Source of the DNA: Octopus sinensis
Taxonomy: Eukaryota
DNA: 64,000 bases
Direction: 5' to 3'
Assembly (NCBI RefSeq): GCF_006345805.1
Contig: NC_043007.1
Coordinates: forward strand, 16,492,001 to 16,556,000
Of the stretch, positions 35,753 through 49,073 are shown piece after piece; the stretch's first letter is position 1, and each line of letters begins with the position of its first letter. The notes under the pieces were generated by a model, which saw only the letters and a list, made by a program, of their open reading frames with translations, was not told the origin of the DNA and did not search any database. The position numbers and the translations under genes are program-made.

Positions 35753-38700
35753 ATACTGCTGAAGTTTTTAAACATACTAGACAAACTCAAAAATCGATGA
35801 TTTCAAGATATAAACAACCTGGAATTAATCAAGATGTACGCCGTGGGTCAGAAATTGCACGAGATTACGCTGTTCCACGACTTAACACATTTTGTCAAAT
35901 TTCTTCCTCTTCTGATACTTGTACTTACATTAGGATAAGAGATCGTTATATAGGAGAACCAGAAGCCACACCCATCATACAAGAACCTTAGAGCATTGAA
36001 TTTTTTGAGCTGATGTTCCTTTTAGCATCATAAATGACATTGCTCAGGTACTTTGAATCAACATTTTTTCTCAACAACCAACCACTTTCAATTACAACTA
36101 ATATGCAGACATAAGTCAAGGTCATAAGTCAGCCCTAATTGCTGGCATTTTGTTGCTGTTAGGTTATTTGTAAAACAGTGAAACGACATGGAAACTAACT
36201 GAACAGTTTCTACTGCCTCAATCAAACACTGCCACTGGATGCCAGCCCCTTATGTTCATCTGATTGAGACCACAGATGGCAGACATCCCTCAAAGTGTTT
36301 CAGTGGTACCGACAATTGATTGTACTCATGCTTTTCTTCAATTTTCCTTTATGAGAGAAGATAATTAAGATACTATTGCAGCCATCAAATTCAGTATTAC
36401 GGTTATTGTTCAAATGTCCCCAACTCACAATGAAATTTTTTAAAATACTGATTTTACTTGAAAGTTGCCTTCCTTGACAAAAAAACTCACATCTACCTTT
36501 CTTAGTTTTGCATGAGGGACAGTTGAGAAATAAGACAGGCCTCATTTAAGAGCTTGTATAGACATGATGAAGGCAACCCATGCTTCAGCCCAAGTGCTTT
36601 ATATGAGAAATTGACTGGATTCAATGAAAATAAAATTTATTAAACTCTAGAAGACTGCTTCTGTTAGGAATGGCAGGTTTCTAAATTCTCTACAAATTTT
36701 TGTTTAGGCTGTTAATGTAGCAATGGCAACCTGCAGCATTTCTTTGGGAAATTGTTTGTCAATTAGAGACAGTAAAACTGCTTTCATTTCTTGTAGTAAC
36801 TACTAATACTTGAGTGCATGTACGTTAAGTTCATCACAAGAAGTATTGAAAGCAGATTTACTGCTTTTATATAATTAAACAGGGTTAAGCAATATCATAA
36901 ATACTTATGAATTCTGTCTTGATGAAATCTTTTCTTATTCTCTATGGAATGTTATTTCCAGTTAAAAAGTATGCTTATTTTTCACCAACGTAGCAATATC
37001 TATGCTAACTAGAAAGACTCGTATAATACATTTTTTTTTTTACAACAGTCAATTGACTTTGTAAACACAAAATATGTCAACCTTGCTTCTATTAAGGTTA
37101 AAATGTGAAGGATCTGATTTTTCTACACTTGAATTACTGCCCACAATTTTTCTAACAACCACATCTTTTAACTGTATTATTGTGCCCACTTAGTGAAGAA
37201 AAGGTCTACACTGCTGGTGGCATAGACAAAATTATGTAATCATAGTCAATTTATTTTCAACAAAATGGTGATTATGGACACAAACAGAACTTTTAACTAA
37301 AAAATTCTGAAGCAGACCCATTTCAAACGAAACCATCTGTGATGAATTCTTTATACAATCATAGTCACAAATTTTCAACAAGTGAAAAATTGCGATTAAG
37401 TTGGTAAATTCATTCTCCACATCAACCATTGCAGGAATTATTGGATATAAGGTGATTTTTATATCATGTTCCATAGTTAAGATTAAGAGTAATAAACACT
37501 TCTATACGTTCAAAAAAAAAAAAAATTTTTTTTTTAAACCCTTAACGAAGTTTTTTTTTTTTAATCAGATTCTGAGATTTTCGCAAAATATGACAAAACC
37601 AATATTCCAATAATTTCCACCTGTGTCACTAGAAGAGAAAACTCATCTGTAAACAGCTGTACAGCTCTATATTAAGTCTTAATTGATAAGAGCTGAGATG
37701 ACTGCAATACAAATTTTAAATACTTCCATGAGTGTTGCCCAATGACACCTGGTCTACACCTGAATGCCTTGCAATAGATGCAACACATGAAAGTTAAGTC
37801 TTCACTTTACAGGCTCCACTTCAGTCAAGCTTCCACAATATCGAAATTAGGAAGAGATTTCAAAATTGACCAAGACTCAACCTACAAACATAGGTAAAAA
37901 TTAGTCTTTTTCTAAAGAATCAGAAGAAACTAGAAGGAAGACAAAGAGGCACTACTCGGACATTTCATCTAATTCTACTTACGACCTTCAGAAATATATG
38001 AATGTCATGTACATTTTTCTCGGATGTCCGTGAGATGTTTTCCCTATATAATAAATAAACAGATTCTCCTTAACTTCACATTCATTGACCTATCTATTTA
38101 CAGAATTTCCAAATTTTTAATAACCTTTTAGCTGCAATCTCGCTCAATAATACTGACCTTTCTTACTTTTAGGTTTGATAGGTCATAATTTCCTTCAAGA
38201 CTGCTGAAGTTCTTAAGTACAACAACACAGTTGTTCAGCTACAGTAACATTTTTGCCTCTTTTAGAAGAGAGACAGAGAGAGACATGTAATTACCTTTAT
38301 AATCTTACTAATCAATACTGTGGCAGCAATCACGGTACAGCACTCTGCAACAGACAGGAACATAACATATTTGCAAATTACAGTTACTGACATCATAAAC
38401 AATTACATTCAATCCAATTAATAAACAGTCATTCTCGTTAGACTGTGATGCAATGTACAATGTACCTTTGATTACTGAAACCACCATCAGTAAGGCTTTC
38501 AAGCTTACTTTTGTTTTCAGGGGAAGAAAAAAAAAATTCTATTTATATTTAAAATTTTATTTTTCATTTATCTGATTGTGAAGACTTTACATTTTTGAAG
38601 TATGGTTTTTGATGATGCTTTTTGCAAATGATCAACATGTGCAGAAGAGATGACATTAGCAATTATGTGTAGAAAAGTATTGACACTTGGCAAATGCTTA

Positions 38701-41700
38701 TTTGCAAATATGCCAGTGTCACTGAGTAGAAAACAAATATGGCTGAAAGAAAAATGGGGACAAGGTCATATAAATTGATGAAGACTTTACAAATTTCATG
38801 GACACATGCTCAATATCTTCTACACATTTTTTCTTTTTTATTAATATTATGATTAAATATTATGGATTCAAAGACAACTGGAAGCTACCATTCCTGCTGT
38901 TAAAAAAATGAGTTATTTTCCCTAAAGTCGTATTTAGCATAAGGTTTATAAAAGTAAAAATACATTCCCCTACAGACTGCTGGCCTAAGACTTGAAAAGC
39001 ATACAGTTCGAACTCATCTTGTGATAAACTAAAGTAATCATATGCTGACACTCTTCCAAACAAAAGATATTCAGATAATCATGTGATAGTCTGAATTATG
39101 TAAGTGTATATGTAGTGTTGTGTATGTTTTGAACCAGAGATCAACCTGCTAGTATTACTACTTCTCCCACAGATAAATCAATACCTTTTTTTTTCTGTAT
39201 TATTTATTATAAATATACTGACCACAACACTTAGTACCATTTTAAACCCAATTTGTCTCAAATATTAGCCACAGTCAAACATGTCTACAGAACTATTTCT
39301 CTTCAAATCAACCTCATCCAAAATTATATTTCAGAAATTTCAACTAAGCAGATTATAAAAATAAGTTTTCAAGAATGATTACAGCTTGGTCATTCTCTAT
39401 ATTACCCAACAATGCACAATTCTAGGAAATTTGGCTTAAAACACTAAAACTAATGCTAATTTATATGACAACTAGGTCAACATGAGCGACTGTATTGAAT
39501 TCTTACTTCAGATCCTATGCAAAGGTTAAATCACTGAGTGAACCAGTGATGGCTAAGAAGGAATGCAAAGGTTGAGGGTGAAAATTGGTTATACAAAAGC
39601 CATTTACAGAAAGATCCACTGAGCAACTTGAAGTAAATGGTTCTGAAGGTTCTGTGGTATTTGAAATCTCTTAGTGGATCATTGGATCATTCTACACACA
39701 AATGGGTAAGTTAGGTACTAAAGATGTACAAAGTGGAAACTGAGGTAAGCCAAAACCATTGAAGATGGACAAAGAGGAGTGATGACTAGTCAGATGTAGC
39801 AATTCAATAATAACCACAGAATTAACCCCTGCCCCCACCTGTACCAATGTTCAAAGCACAACAGCAGCAAGCACAATGGTCTATACAAACATGTAAAATG
39901 TTTAACACTGAAATAGTTTACTCATAGTTGGAAGAACACATTTCAATCAGAGAAGTTTTCTTACCTAATAAAATTTCAGCTATTCAAAGCAAGGAGATTG
40001 AAAAACCAAGCAACATCTACTAAGCAAAGAAAAGCAATGAAAATTTAAAGATTAACGAGTTCAGGCCTAGTAAAAAAATATGTAATCAAACACAAACACG
40101 AAGTAATTTGTATATTTCATTAAAGAGACTGAATAAAAACTGTAATTTCATTAACAAACTCACAATGAGGTAGTTATGGTTGACTTAAAACAAAAAAAAA
40201 AAAAAAGGCAACTGAAACTATGAAACAACTAACATAAAGAGACAAGCATAGCAACCTGATTAAGACGTTTACTTTACAACCAATGGTTCCTGGTTCAATA
40301 TCCTACTCTGCAGCACTCTGGGCACACATCTACCATATAGTCAAGTTGAAAAATACCTTTGAGCGAAATTAGGTAGAGGGGAAACTGAAAAAACCGTCGA
40401 TCATATGTATGTATGCATGCAAGTATATATGTACAGTGTAGTGTAGTTAGTTATATAAATGTTGGGGTGTAAGAAAAAACTTCAAAAGGGAATGTATCAT
40501 GTGTAATCATGTCCGACCGAATTATGTCCCTTCCTACAATGTTCTATGTGCACCACAATACATACTTTATACTAAAAGATATGCATAAAGTGCTGTGATT
40601 AACGGAACTGAGTCAAGTTACAAAACAAACTATTTTGCCATTAAATTGAGGTAAATACAGAAAAAAACAGAGTGAAAGTGTTGGCCAACAAAGAGAAACT
40701 ACCAGCAAATTTTACAAACTAACACTAAGAACCAGATTGTTAAAGATAAAAACCTAGTCTACGTATTTAAAATCAAGGCCTTGGGAATGAAACAAAAAAA
40801 ATTCAAAACTTTAATTTACCCTCTCAAGTCCTTACACATAAGAAAGAAAAACAATTAAAATAAAAAGCCTATTTAAATCCTGTGTAAATTACGTTAAATT
40901 ATTAGATCTTCAGATATCAATACAAAATGGAATGGAATAAAACTGGCCGTCTTCGATCTTGTCCTTGACCCAACCTAAAACCATTCAAGAACGGGTGGTT
41001 TATTGACAGTAATGAAAGCAATGCAAAGATTTTATCATTTATTTGGATTGTGTGGTTGGACTGACCACAAGCTTTTTGGACAAATACAGATATGAACAAC
41101 ATGTAAAAATATTATCAATCCTCCTTATGCCCACCATGGTACAATGGTAGGTATTCACAGTAGAAACTTTTATCGCTTTTCTTTTATATATATATATATA
41201 TTTATTTATTTATTTATTTTATTTATTTTTTAAACAGTGTTTCTTAATTTCATTTTGGGTTATTATTAATGGTTTCATTGATATTTTTAAAATTTTTTTT
41301 TGGTTTTTTTTTTTGATTTTTGTTTTCTGAATTCTCTCAAATTATAAATGAAGATGAACATCCACACAAAGATCTGTGTTGCCAACTATTGTGCTGGAAA
41401 CTGGTCAGTTGGAACTGCATTGTACAACATTGAAACAACTGACCAACAAGCCAGATACTCTCAAATCACACTTGTACTTAGCTCGTTGGTGAGTAAAAAG
41501 CTGGTCTGACACCAAAAGGTAACTGAAATTATGCAATCATCATATGCGTTTAGGCCGTTCCACAAAATCAGTGCTGATAACTGAGGTAATTTGTACAATA
41601 TTAGAGCTTGTTACAACACTGACAAACAGGATTATGTGACCCTGAGGAAGTACAAAATAAATAATTTATAAATAATTGCATAAAGTTTCTTCATGAATTT

Positions 41701-42122
41701 ATGGGATTTTGGGTATCTTGCTAGTTCAAGATTGATGGTGTATATACTATAAATATATAGTATATAACTAACAACATATGCCATCATACATACACATATG
41801 TGTGCGTGTATGTGTGTGTATATATATATATACAGATACATATATGTGTACGGATATGTAGTTTGAATCAAGAGGAAAAAAAAGATGATATACAATATGA
41901 AGTACGTTATTCAAGAGAGAGGAGCAATAAAATAGTTGTTTCTATATGTTATATTTAACGAGAGGAGAGTGGGGATGAAAAAGTTGACGGACACACCGTA
42001 GTTCATATCTCCACTAGAACTGAATGAAGAGGTTAAGTGACATATCAAAATGAAGTGAGTGGTGGGTTCAACCCAGTGGAACTATCTAATGAAGGTTATT
42101 GGTGGCTAATGTGATACTAAGA

Positions 42123-42249
42123 TTAGTCTCTTCCTCCAGCAGCTGGCATCTGAGCTGGTACCACTGTGCTGACAGGCTGTTTTCCTGACATCGGGCGAAT
42201 TAACGGAGGCGGCGGTTGCTGTAGTATGGTCTTCGGTTGAGGAAGCAAC
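42123..42249 (-). CDS. RCOR: REST corepressor, terminal coding exon
   Basis: Strong pyrimidine tract + tag; (R)LLPQPKTILQQPPPPLIRPMSGKQPVSTVVPAQMPAAGGRD-TAA; PPPLIRP resembles the RCOR3 C-terminus. Confidence 0.9.
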
Positions 42250-43530
42250 CTAAAAAGAGAAAGAAAAACACTGATGAAACTGAACAAAAGAGTGACACAA
42301 ATAAAGACAATAAGCGACACCAGACACTTCAAGCAGACAATATTACTTAACAATTGACTAAACTTCAACCAGCCACCCACATTATTGGTTATTAAAGATG
42401 GATAATCAAAACAGGATCATGTGATGATTAAACAATTTGTTTATGAGGATATAAACTAATCTGAGACAGCACTACGTTACTGAAAGAATAAAATAAGATG
42501 TGGCCGTCCAACCCATGCTAGCATGGAAAGCGGACGTTAAACGATGATGATGATGTAAATTCTGAATTGTGGTGAACTTAATAATACTTAACACCACAAT
42601 CTCTCAGCAATAACATCTGTATACTCATACATATATATGGATACATATTACACACATGGCATAGGTGTTACATTTTATTATAACTTCCACAAAATGATAT
42701 TTTATTAAAATATCAAAGCTACAAAATGCATGCTGTGTCGTGTGTACGCAAGTAATATCAAATCACTTGAAAATATAAGAAACCAACAACAAAAGCAGTT
42801 TTTTCCTTCCTACCACCCCCCACCCCAAAAAATGATTTAGGCCAAGAGAGTTTGTAGGCATCAATAAACATAATTACTGTGATGGATGAAGAATATTAAA
42901 ATATTTGAAGTTTTGCATGTCAGATTCTTTTCCACACTTCTCTGTAATTAAACCTACTAACACCTACTACAATCCACCTTGAAGTTATTACCATTATTGC
43001 TGATACAGATCTCCAGCCCTTTTGAGACTAACTTGCATGAGATCACGTCTGGTTCTCACAACAAAAACCTCTCTTTTGAGAAATTGAAACTTTAACTTCA
43101 TGTTATAAAAATAGATTTCATAAATTTACTGAATCTACCTAAATCCTTAATATCTTTTAATATTAATGGAAACGCATGGGTAGTTGTATTCCATTAAGAA
43201 TATAGTCACAAAAGGAGTATATAGCAAACAAAAAAAGTTTGAGGTTGAGGAGCGTATGAGTAGTTTAACATCTTTATATCTGGTTTAAAGAAACATTAGC
43301 CAGAAATTAAATGTCAGATGTAAACAGATTAACCATATTTTAATCAAAATGATTTCAGAGTCTAAAATAATTAGAGAAATTAAACTAATTGAAGTTAGTC
43401 TTTGCTAATAATTGCACATTCAGACAACTACAACTATGCTGTTACAAAGACGACACTGAGTTTTACAAGCCCACGGGGCAGACGCGACAGTTCGTAAGTG
43501 AGAAAAAACCGTTTTGAAATGCACCTGTAC

Positions 43531-43742
43531 CTCGGGTGTTGAGATGCTTGGGAATTATTCCCCTTCGTGATAGGCACTTGCGGCTGCTTGAGCAAGGGAG
43601 GGGGAGCCGGTGTGCCAGCAGCCGTTGGGGTAGCATTCCCACTACCAGAAGCTGGCAGATTAGCTACCGACTCCTGATTTATAGGTGGTGGGGATGAAGA
43701 TGCCGCAGCACCATCTGTTGAAGATTTGCCATCAACATCCAT
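43531..43742 (-). CDS. RCOR: REST corepressor, Ser/Ala/Pro-rich exon (donor at 43530, or 6 nt further at 43524)
   Basis: ttttcag acceptor; MDVDGKSS...PAPPPLLKQPQVPITKGNNSQASQHP(R); both candidate donors are phase 2. Confidence 0.85.
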
Positions 43743-44142
43743 CTGAAAAGTGAAAGATCAATTCAAAAATTGAGTTTCTCATGGAAAAAAATGTCAAAAA
43801 TGTAACTGTTATGGTTACATTAACAGTAGAAATAATGCACAAATAAGTTACGTTTAAAGTAATTATTTTCATAAATTTCTAATGTCAAAGCTTTATAATA
43901 CTGGGGTGATATGATCAGGTGCTCCAGCAAAAGAATAAATGAAGTTACCTGTACTGGAGATGCTAATTCTCTTTCTCTAACATCAATGCAGCATTTACAA
44001 TAAGAAGTTTCTTTTAACTACCACAGCATGGCCAAAGGCCATTGGATGGGAGCAATCAAAGAGAAACTCACTAAGAAAAATTAAATTTTTTAAATCAGAA
44101 CGTTGACCTATTTCAAAGAATACTCAAACTCCAAAATGATAC

Positions 44143-44345
44143 CTTTTCAATATCTTTTTTTTCTTCTTCTTCCTCTTCTTCTTCTTTAACTGAGTCTGTT
44201 CCATGTTCGCTCTCATACTCAGCCAAGACTTCATCTAAATTATACCTGCGTCTGTAATTTATAAAAAAGTTACGCACATGTGCTTCAAGTTTATTGCCAA
44301 TCACTTCAGCAATAGCCTTGAAATCCTTTCCATAACGACGAACAC
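44143..44345 (-). CDS. RCOR: REST corepressor, SANT2
   Basis: (G)[67 protein letters not shown]. Confidence 0.97.
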
Positions 44346-44556
44346 CTGCAGAGAAAAACACACAATAAAATTCATCATTGCACATAGATCCCTAAATGAC
44401 GACATCCAACTACTAAACTTTAAATAAAGATTAGAGTTTTTCCTTAATGATTATTATAAAGTGGAATTAGCTTTCTAACTCAATTGAACTGACAATTTCT
44501 ATTGGTTCCATGTAAAAAAATTGACTAACTTAGAGCAAGAGCCACAAACTACTTAC

Positions 44557-44614
44557 CTTGCACTGCAAGCAATAGTTCATCATTAGTCCAACGAGAATTT
44601 ATTCTCTGAGTAGT
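44557..44614 (-). CDS. RCOR: REST corepressor, SANT2 start
   Basis: 58 nt, TTQRINSRWTNDELLLAVQ(G). Confidence 0.96.
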
Positions 44615-45274
44615 CTAACAAGTTGGGAAAAAGTAAATAAGATTAGAATGCTTAGAGGCATGTAAGAGAGATGAAACACGAAAATGTATTTCTACCAAAA
44701 GTGTTTACATATTTTAGCCTATGTAAGGTGTCTCCACTTAAGTTGTTACCCATAACTCAATACATCTAGGAACCTTTGATAGCAAAAGTAAATTGTTTTG
44801 CTCAAGTAAGCACAAATGTGAAGCTATACTACAACAAAATAAAATACTAAATCAAAACATGACTAAATCATTTTATAGTAAAACATCTAATATGATGGAA
44901 AAGGGTAATCCAGAACAGTGCCTTACACAGATAAATGAAAATACTTGCCCAATATAAATACAAAATTCTCAATTTTAACAATACCCCCAAACCATAATTA
45001 ATACATTCTAAAGTAAGCAAAACTATTTTTTCAGTAAAAAATATCAAAATATAAACCCATATTTCAAGTTTCATACCTAGGTTACCCCAAATCATGCCTA
45101 CTACATTTGAACTATGTATTAAATGTACATGATTTAAACTGCTAATCTACATCATCCTACATTATGGTTGCATCAACTTTTTGTAGTATTCTTCACCAAA
45201 TTATAATTAGACTTGTTGAGGGTTATATTTTTAATTAAATTTTATTACCAGACGAAAATGTAAAAAATACTTAC

Positions 45275-45352
45275 TTCTGGTGGTCTCCATTCATCTATTC
45301 CAGAACTTGTTTTGTGTTTCTGCATACTTATGATCTGTTTGTTGTTTTGAAC
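45275..45352 (-). CDS. RCOR: REST corepressor linker exon
   Basis: 78 nt, VQNNKQIISMQKHKTSSGIDEWRPPE; tag / gtaagt. Confidence 0.94.
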
Positions 45353-45949
45353 CTACATGTTAAAAGAAAATTATGCTGAATAATAATTATTTGTACTTCA
45401 TTATTAATCTGTTAAGGTTATAGTATAAGGTCAGAAATAGTTTCTGTAAATTTTAGACCCAAGAGTAGAAAACAAGAAGCAGTTTCCACATACGGGAGCA
45501 AATGTACCCCCATCTCCATCGGAATTTAAATTTTGCTCCCATTTAAGTAGAACCCTTAACAAGAGCATTCAACTGGGTGCTGCAGCTTACATCATGCATG
45601 CACTGACCACTGTAACTCACTTCACACATACTGCATCACTAAATATAAAAACTTTGCCAATCCAACAAGGCATCAACATATTCTGAGTGGTTTATGTTTA
45701 TCATCATCCAAAAACACCATGTGTTCCTTATAGCTTCATGAAACTAATATCTCCATAGGATTCCATCCCATCTATCGGAATATGATGATGATGATGCCCC
45801 TTTCTTTAAAAGAGCAACCTCTCTCACTTTATCAATTATAGTCCTATCACCCCAATGCATAAACCTGAAAAGCAATGGAAGACCATTGTAAATGACTACT
45901 AATGTGTGACTAAAGTAGAGCCATACCTGTCACAAGTTTGTTTTATTAC

Positions 45950-46080
45950 ACACCCGTGTTTCCATCGCTTGACACTAGCAAGACCTTCAATCATGTCTCG
46001 AGAACATCCTAAGTTTTTTCAAGCTGCTTGCTCTGTGGTAATGTGTGTTAGGGCTTCACTTAGATGCTATCATCTCAGGT
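45950..46080 (+). mobile_element. LINE reverse-transcriptase fossil
   Basis: SLDTSKTFNHV resembles the RT motif LDISKAFDRV. Confidence 0.45.
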
Positions 46081-46437
46081 TTTAGAACTTACTACTGTTA
46101 CTTATAATTTTATAAAAACTCACACACTGCACCATATAATTAAAATCCTCTTAGTTACAAATGATAAACCTAACAATCTCTGATTTCTCATGACAGCTTC
46201 AAATATATAACACTAGCAACACTGCAGAAACTTGGCTTCTTCTACAGGCCTACAGTATACATCAGCCTAAGATCACTATGACACTGTGCACATTTCATTT
46301 TATTTGTACAACAAATCCATTTCCATTTGTGAAGTCATTAAAACATTTTATTATAAGTTGCTAATATTGAAAAGGAAAATATAATTACATAAAAGAAAAA
46401 GGCTGTATTTCCTGCCTCAACAAATATATAGTCTTAC

Positions 46438-46654
46438 CTGTCGTTTTAAAGAGACAAGCTCTGCATCTAATGACTTTAAAATTTGTTCAGCTTGCTGTAG
46501 TGGTCCAGTGAGCATTAACCTGAGGTCATCTTCATTCAAATACATGCCACGTGGCGGCTTTCGTTTATGTCGCATAGGATTATGCCGATGCTGGCTATGC
46601 TGTTGTTCACGACGCTTGGTCGGTCCAGTACTGGATTTCATTACACCAGTTCGC
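46438..46654 (-). CDS. RCOR: REST corepressor, LSD1-binding linker exon
   Basis: (R)RTGVMKSSTGPTKRREQQHSQHRHNPMRHKRKPPRGMYLNEDDLRLMLTGPLQQAEQILKSLDAELVSLKRQ; KRKPP.GM.L and L..L..ELVSLKRQ are RCOR motifs. Confidence 0.96.
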
Positions 46655-47762
46655 CTAATAATTTGTAAATATATATATATAATTTAATATATTAAATAAA
46701 TTCAAGATTATTGAAAAGGTTGCAAGACGCAACGAAAACTTTAGGTAAATAAAAATAAGAAATTAGTGGAAATTTTACCAGTGAGTGTGTTACATTATAA
46801 GGCCCAGACACAACTAAATAAATTCAGATTTGTGTAAACTACTTCAAGAAAAAAATATTATTTTACTTCCTTCACTCCCTAGATTTTAATAACAAATGGA
46901 TCTACCATCACGATCATCATTTAACATCCATTTCCCATGCTGGTATGTGTTGGACGGTCTGACAGGATAGCTCCTATCAGCCAGGAAGCTGTCCAGATTC
47001 CAAGTGTCTGTGTGGCATTGTTTCTACAGTTGGATGCCCTTCCTAACACCAACTATGTTACAGAGTGTACAGAGCCACTGGCTCAGGTGCATTTACATGG
47101 AACCAATACAAATGTATTTTATGTGGCACTAACACCTGCAAAGGACAAGCCTGTATGTATGGCTGGCAGTGATTTTACTCAGCCAATCAAAATATTGAGA
47201 AATAAAGAAGGTAACAACCAACAAGATTAAATTTGAACATAAGACAATGGTCATAAAGAAAAACACGTTACCATGAATCTACACTGGAATGCATGTGTGT
47301 GCCAGTCCATCTTGCCTTTTAGACACACAGACAATCAAAATTGGCTAATACAATGAAAAGGCTGGAAACGAAATAATTTCCATAATACCTGAATTCAAAA
47401 CTGCCTCAGTTTTAGCAGGTGAAGAAACAATTAAATAATTCCAACATTATTTGTGTGCCATTACTTCTGTTTTTCAGGTTAACTGTATAAAGAACCCTAT
47501 CAACATATTGCTTTCAAAGGAAATTTGGATGCGTGGCAAATTGTAGCTTTAGAATATGTGCGAATGCATCCAGCCTGCCTTTAAGGCACATAAACATGCA
47601 AAACATAGCTACTACTAGAGATTCTGACAAGTTGTGGTGCACCTGAGCACTGTATACAATAATTTCATTATTATTATTATAATTTCTGTACCTCCTCAAC
47701 AAATAAAATTCTGCTGTTACTAGCTTTACTGTTAAAGTAAATACAAACTTATGCAGATTTAA

Positions 47763-47972
47763 CCCTTTAACATCTAAACTGACCAAAGCATTCTACCCGT
47801 TTTATGCTCAAACTGGCCAGATTTTGCCTCTCACACCTACCCTACAATGTCATTCTACAAATAAACAATGACATCATCACAATTTCAAAAGTACAAGATA
47901 ATGTATGATTAATTCAAAACAATGTAGATAAATAAGTATTACATTTGAGAAATAAATCTGAATGCTAAAGGA
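47763..47972 (-). mobile_element. piggyBac-like MITE family B, reverse orientation
   Basis: TTAA flanks; reverse complement of the family B body. Confidence 0.8.
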
Positions 47973-49003
47973 TTAAGCAAATTTTCTACAAATTGATTAA
48001 AACCACAATTATTTTCATATTCAGAATCTTAAAACTTTTACCAATTTAAAAACTATGTGAAAAAGTTTCACCTTCAGTCTCTCAAAATCTTTCTAAATTA
48101 AGATCATTTGCTAGAATAAAGCAATGTATTTTAGACAGTTTTCTCATAACTATTAAATATATATACATATTTTTCATGGTTTTATAAAACAAGTTTAACC
48201 TTTTAGATTTTATACATCAAAGTGGTGTTTAGAGCAACTTAAAAGATTCTTATATAGATCTATATCAAAAAGTCTGTCACAAAATCTACTTGTATTATAG
48301 GTAAATACACGCAATAATCAGTGAAATATAAAATTATTTAAACTTTGCCTAAATGATAATCACCATATCAAGAATTACAGGCCAATATTCAGCAGGAGTA
48401 AGACAATAGTATAACACTTCAAAGAATTGTACACATAGCTGGATGTTCAATTGAAGTAAAATACCAAAATGCTCAAAGAATACTAAAAAATTATACATAC
48501 ACAAACACACACAACAAAACAATAAAAGATTAACTTTATATAATTAAGCAGAATCTGTCACTCATCAAACAGGTAAATTGACAAACTGAAAACCAGGTAA
48601 ATTTGAAAATATATTTTATAAAAATAAATTATATAACTTCCTAATGTGTATGATTGTATTTATAGCAAAAATAATGTACTATTTTCTTTCAGTGGTGCAG
48701 GAGTTCACAGTTTGTCCTTTTACTTTTTTTCCTCTTACAGGAAAAAGAAGGAGAAACTTTTTTATTGCAAGATTAATTCCACTAGTCTTGCAAAATAATG
48801 AGTGGGTTTTAAGTCTTCAGGTAAACTGACTGGGATCAGTATCTTCAAAGGGGGAAGAAAAAAAATTTGGAAAAGAAATATTTTAAAAGTTTTCATTCCC
48901 CACTGCATTCTTTCTGCCTTTAATTCATCATCACTTTCATTACTGATGTCCAGGTCGTTTCACTATCACAAATTGCAACATCCAATTCATGTCCGCCACA
49001 CAG

Positions 49004-49073
49004 TTATGCTTGTTGCAATTCTTCATTTGCTGCAGCCACTTTTTCTTCAAATTCATAGTTGCTACTACTAAAT
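49004..49073 (-). CDS. RCOR: Candidate alternative terminal coding exon of RCOR
   Basis: Four AGs (49074, 49068, 49065, 49062) all join the phase-2 donor in one frame: (R)FSSSNYEFEEKVAAANEELQQA-TAA; AATAAA at 48761-48766. No transcript evidence available. Confidence 0.45.

Noticed and set aside
44134-44142. GTATCATT donor as a second U12 intron
   Set aside because: Deviates from GTATCCTT, and the acceptor at 43743 has an ordinary pyrimidine tract without a TCCTTAAC branch.
47582-47589. miR-124 8mer on the RCOR strand
   Set aside because: Intronic, inside a repeat-rich segment; not in the mature mRNA.
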